A DNA stretch of 64,000 bases from Octopus vulgaris (Eukaryota). Under the pieces are notes generated by a model. The model was not told the origin of the DNA. It ran no database searches and was given only the letters and a program-made list of their open reading frames with translations. The position numbers and the translations under genes are program-made. The stretch is from contig OX597818.1 of the NCBI GenBank assembly GCA_951406725.2, positions 105,710,001 through 105,774,000 on the forward strand, written 5' to 3'. This document shows positions 63,933-64,000 of the stretch, in pieces (positions within the stretch are counted from its first letter, which is position 1; each line of letters starts with the position of its first letter).

Positions 63933-64000
63933 TTTAGTCTTATTTTTATGTTTATTAGGTTTTTTCTTTGTGGGAGAAATTTTTGTATACTTATTTATGT

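Overview
AT-rich, microsatellite-dense eukaryotic DNA. The repeat content suggests a coleoid cephalopod, probably Octopus (inferred, not proven). The only host gene found is the 3' half of NADPH:adrenodoxin oxidoreductase (FDXR): six + strand exons from 172 to the stop at 13274, with consistent GT-AG phases. The rest is a nested transposon landscape: tRNA-SINEs; RTE, R4/Dong-like and HERO-like LINE remnants; Tc1/mariner elements and MITEs; a hAT element with a perfect 8-bp TSD split by a solo LTR; two gypsy remnants; Helitron/Helentron non-autonomous elements; and two Penelope-like (PLE) ORFs. The most interesting signal is absent from the ORF track: at least eight minimal type I hammerhead ribozyme motifs, four of them in 36.6-38.9 kb. 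Most have palindromic or near-palindromic stem III and long stem II inserts, and four have an unpaired 10.1/11.1 position. They sit in PLE pseudo-LTR-like blocks that mostly abut (TA)n tracts. A second notable feature is a (TAA)n array holding an R4/Dong-like LINE and two copies of a ~550-bp non-coding element. All structures were read by eye and need computational confirmation.
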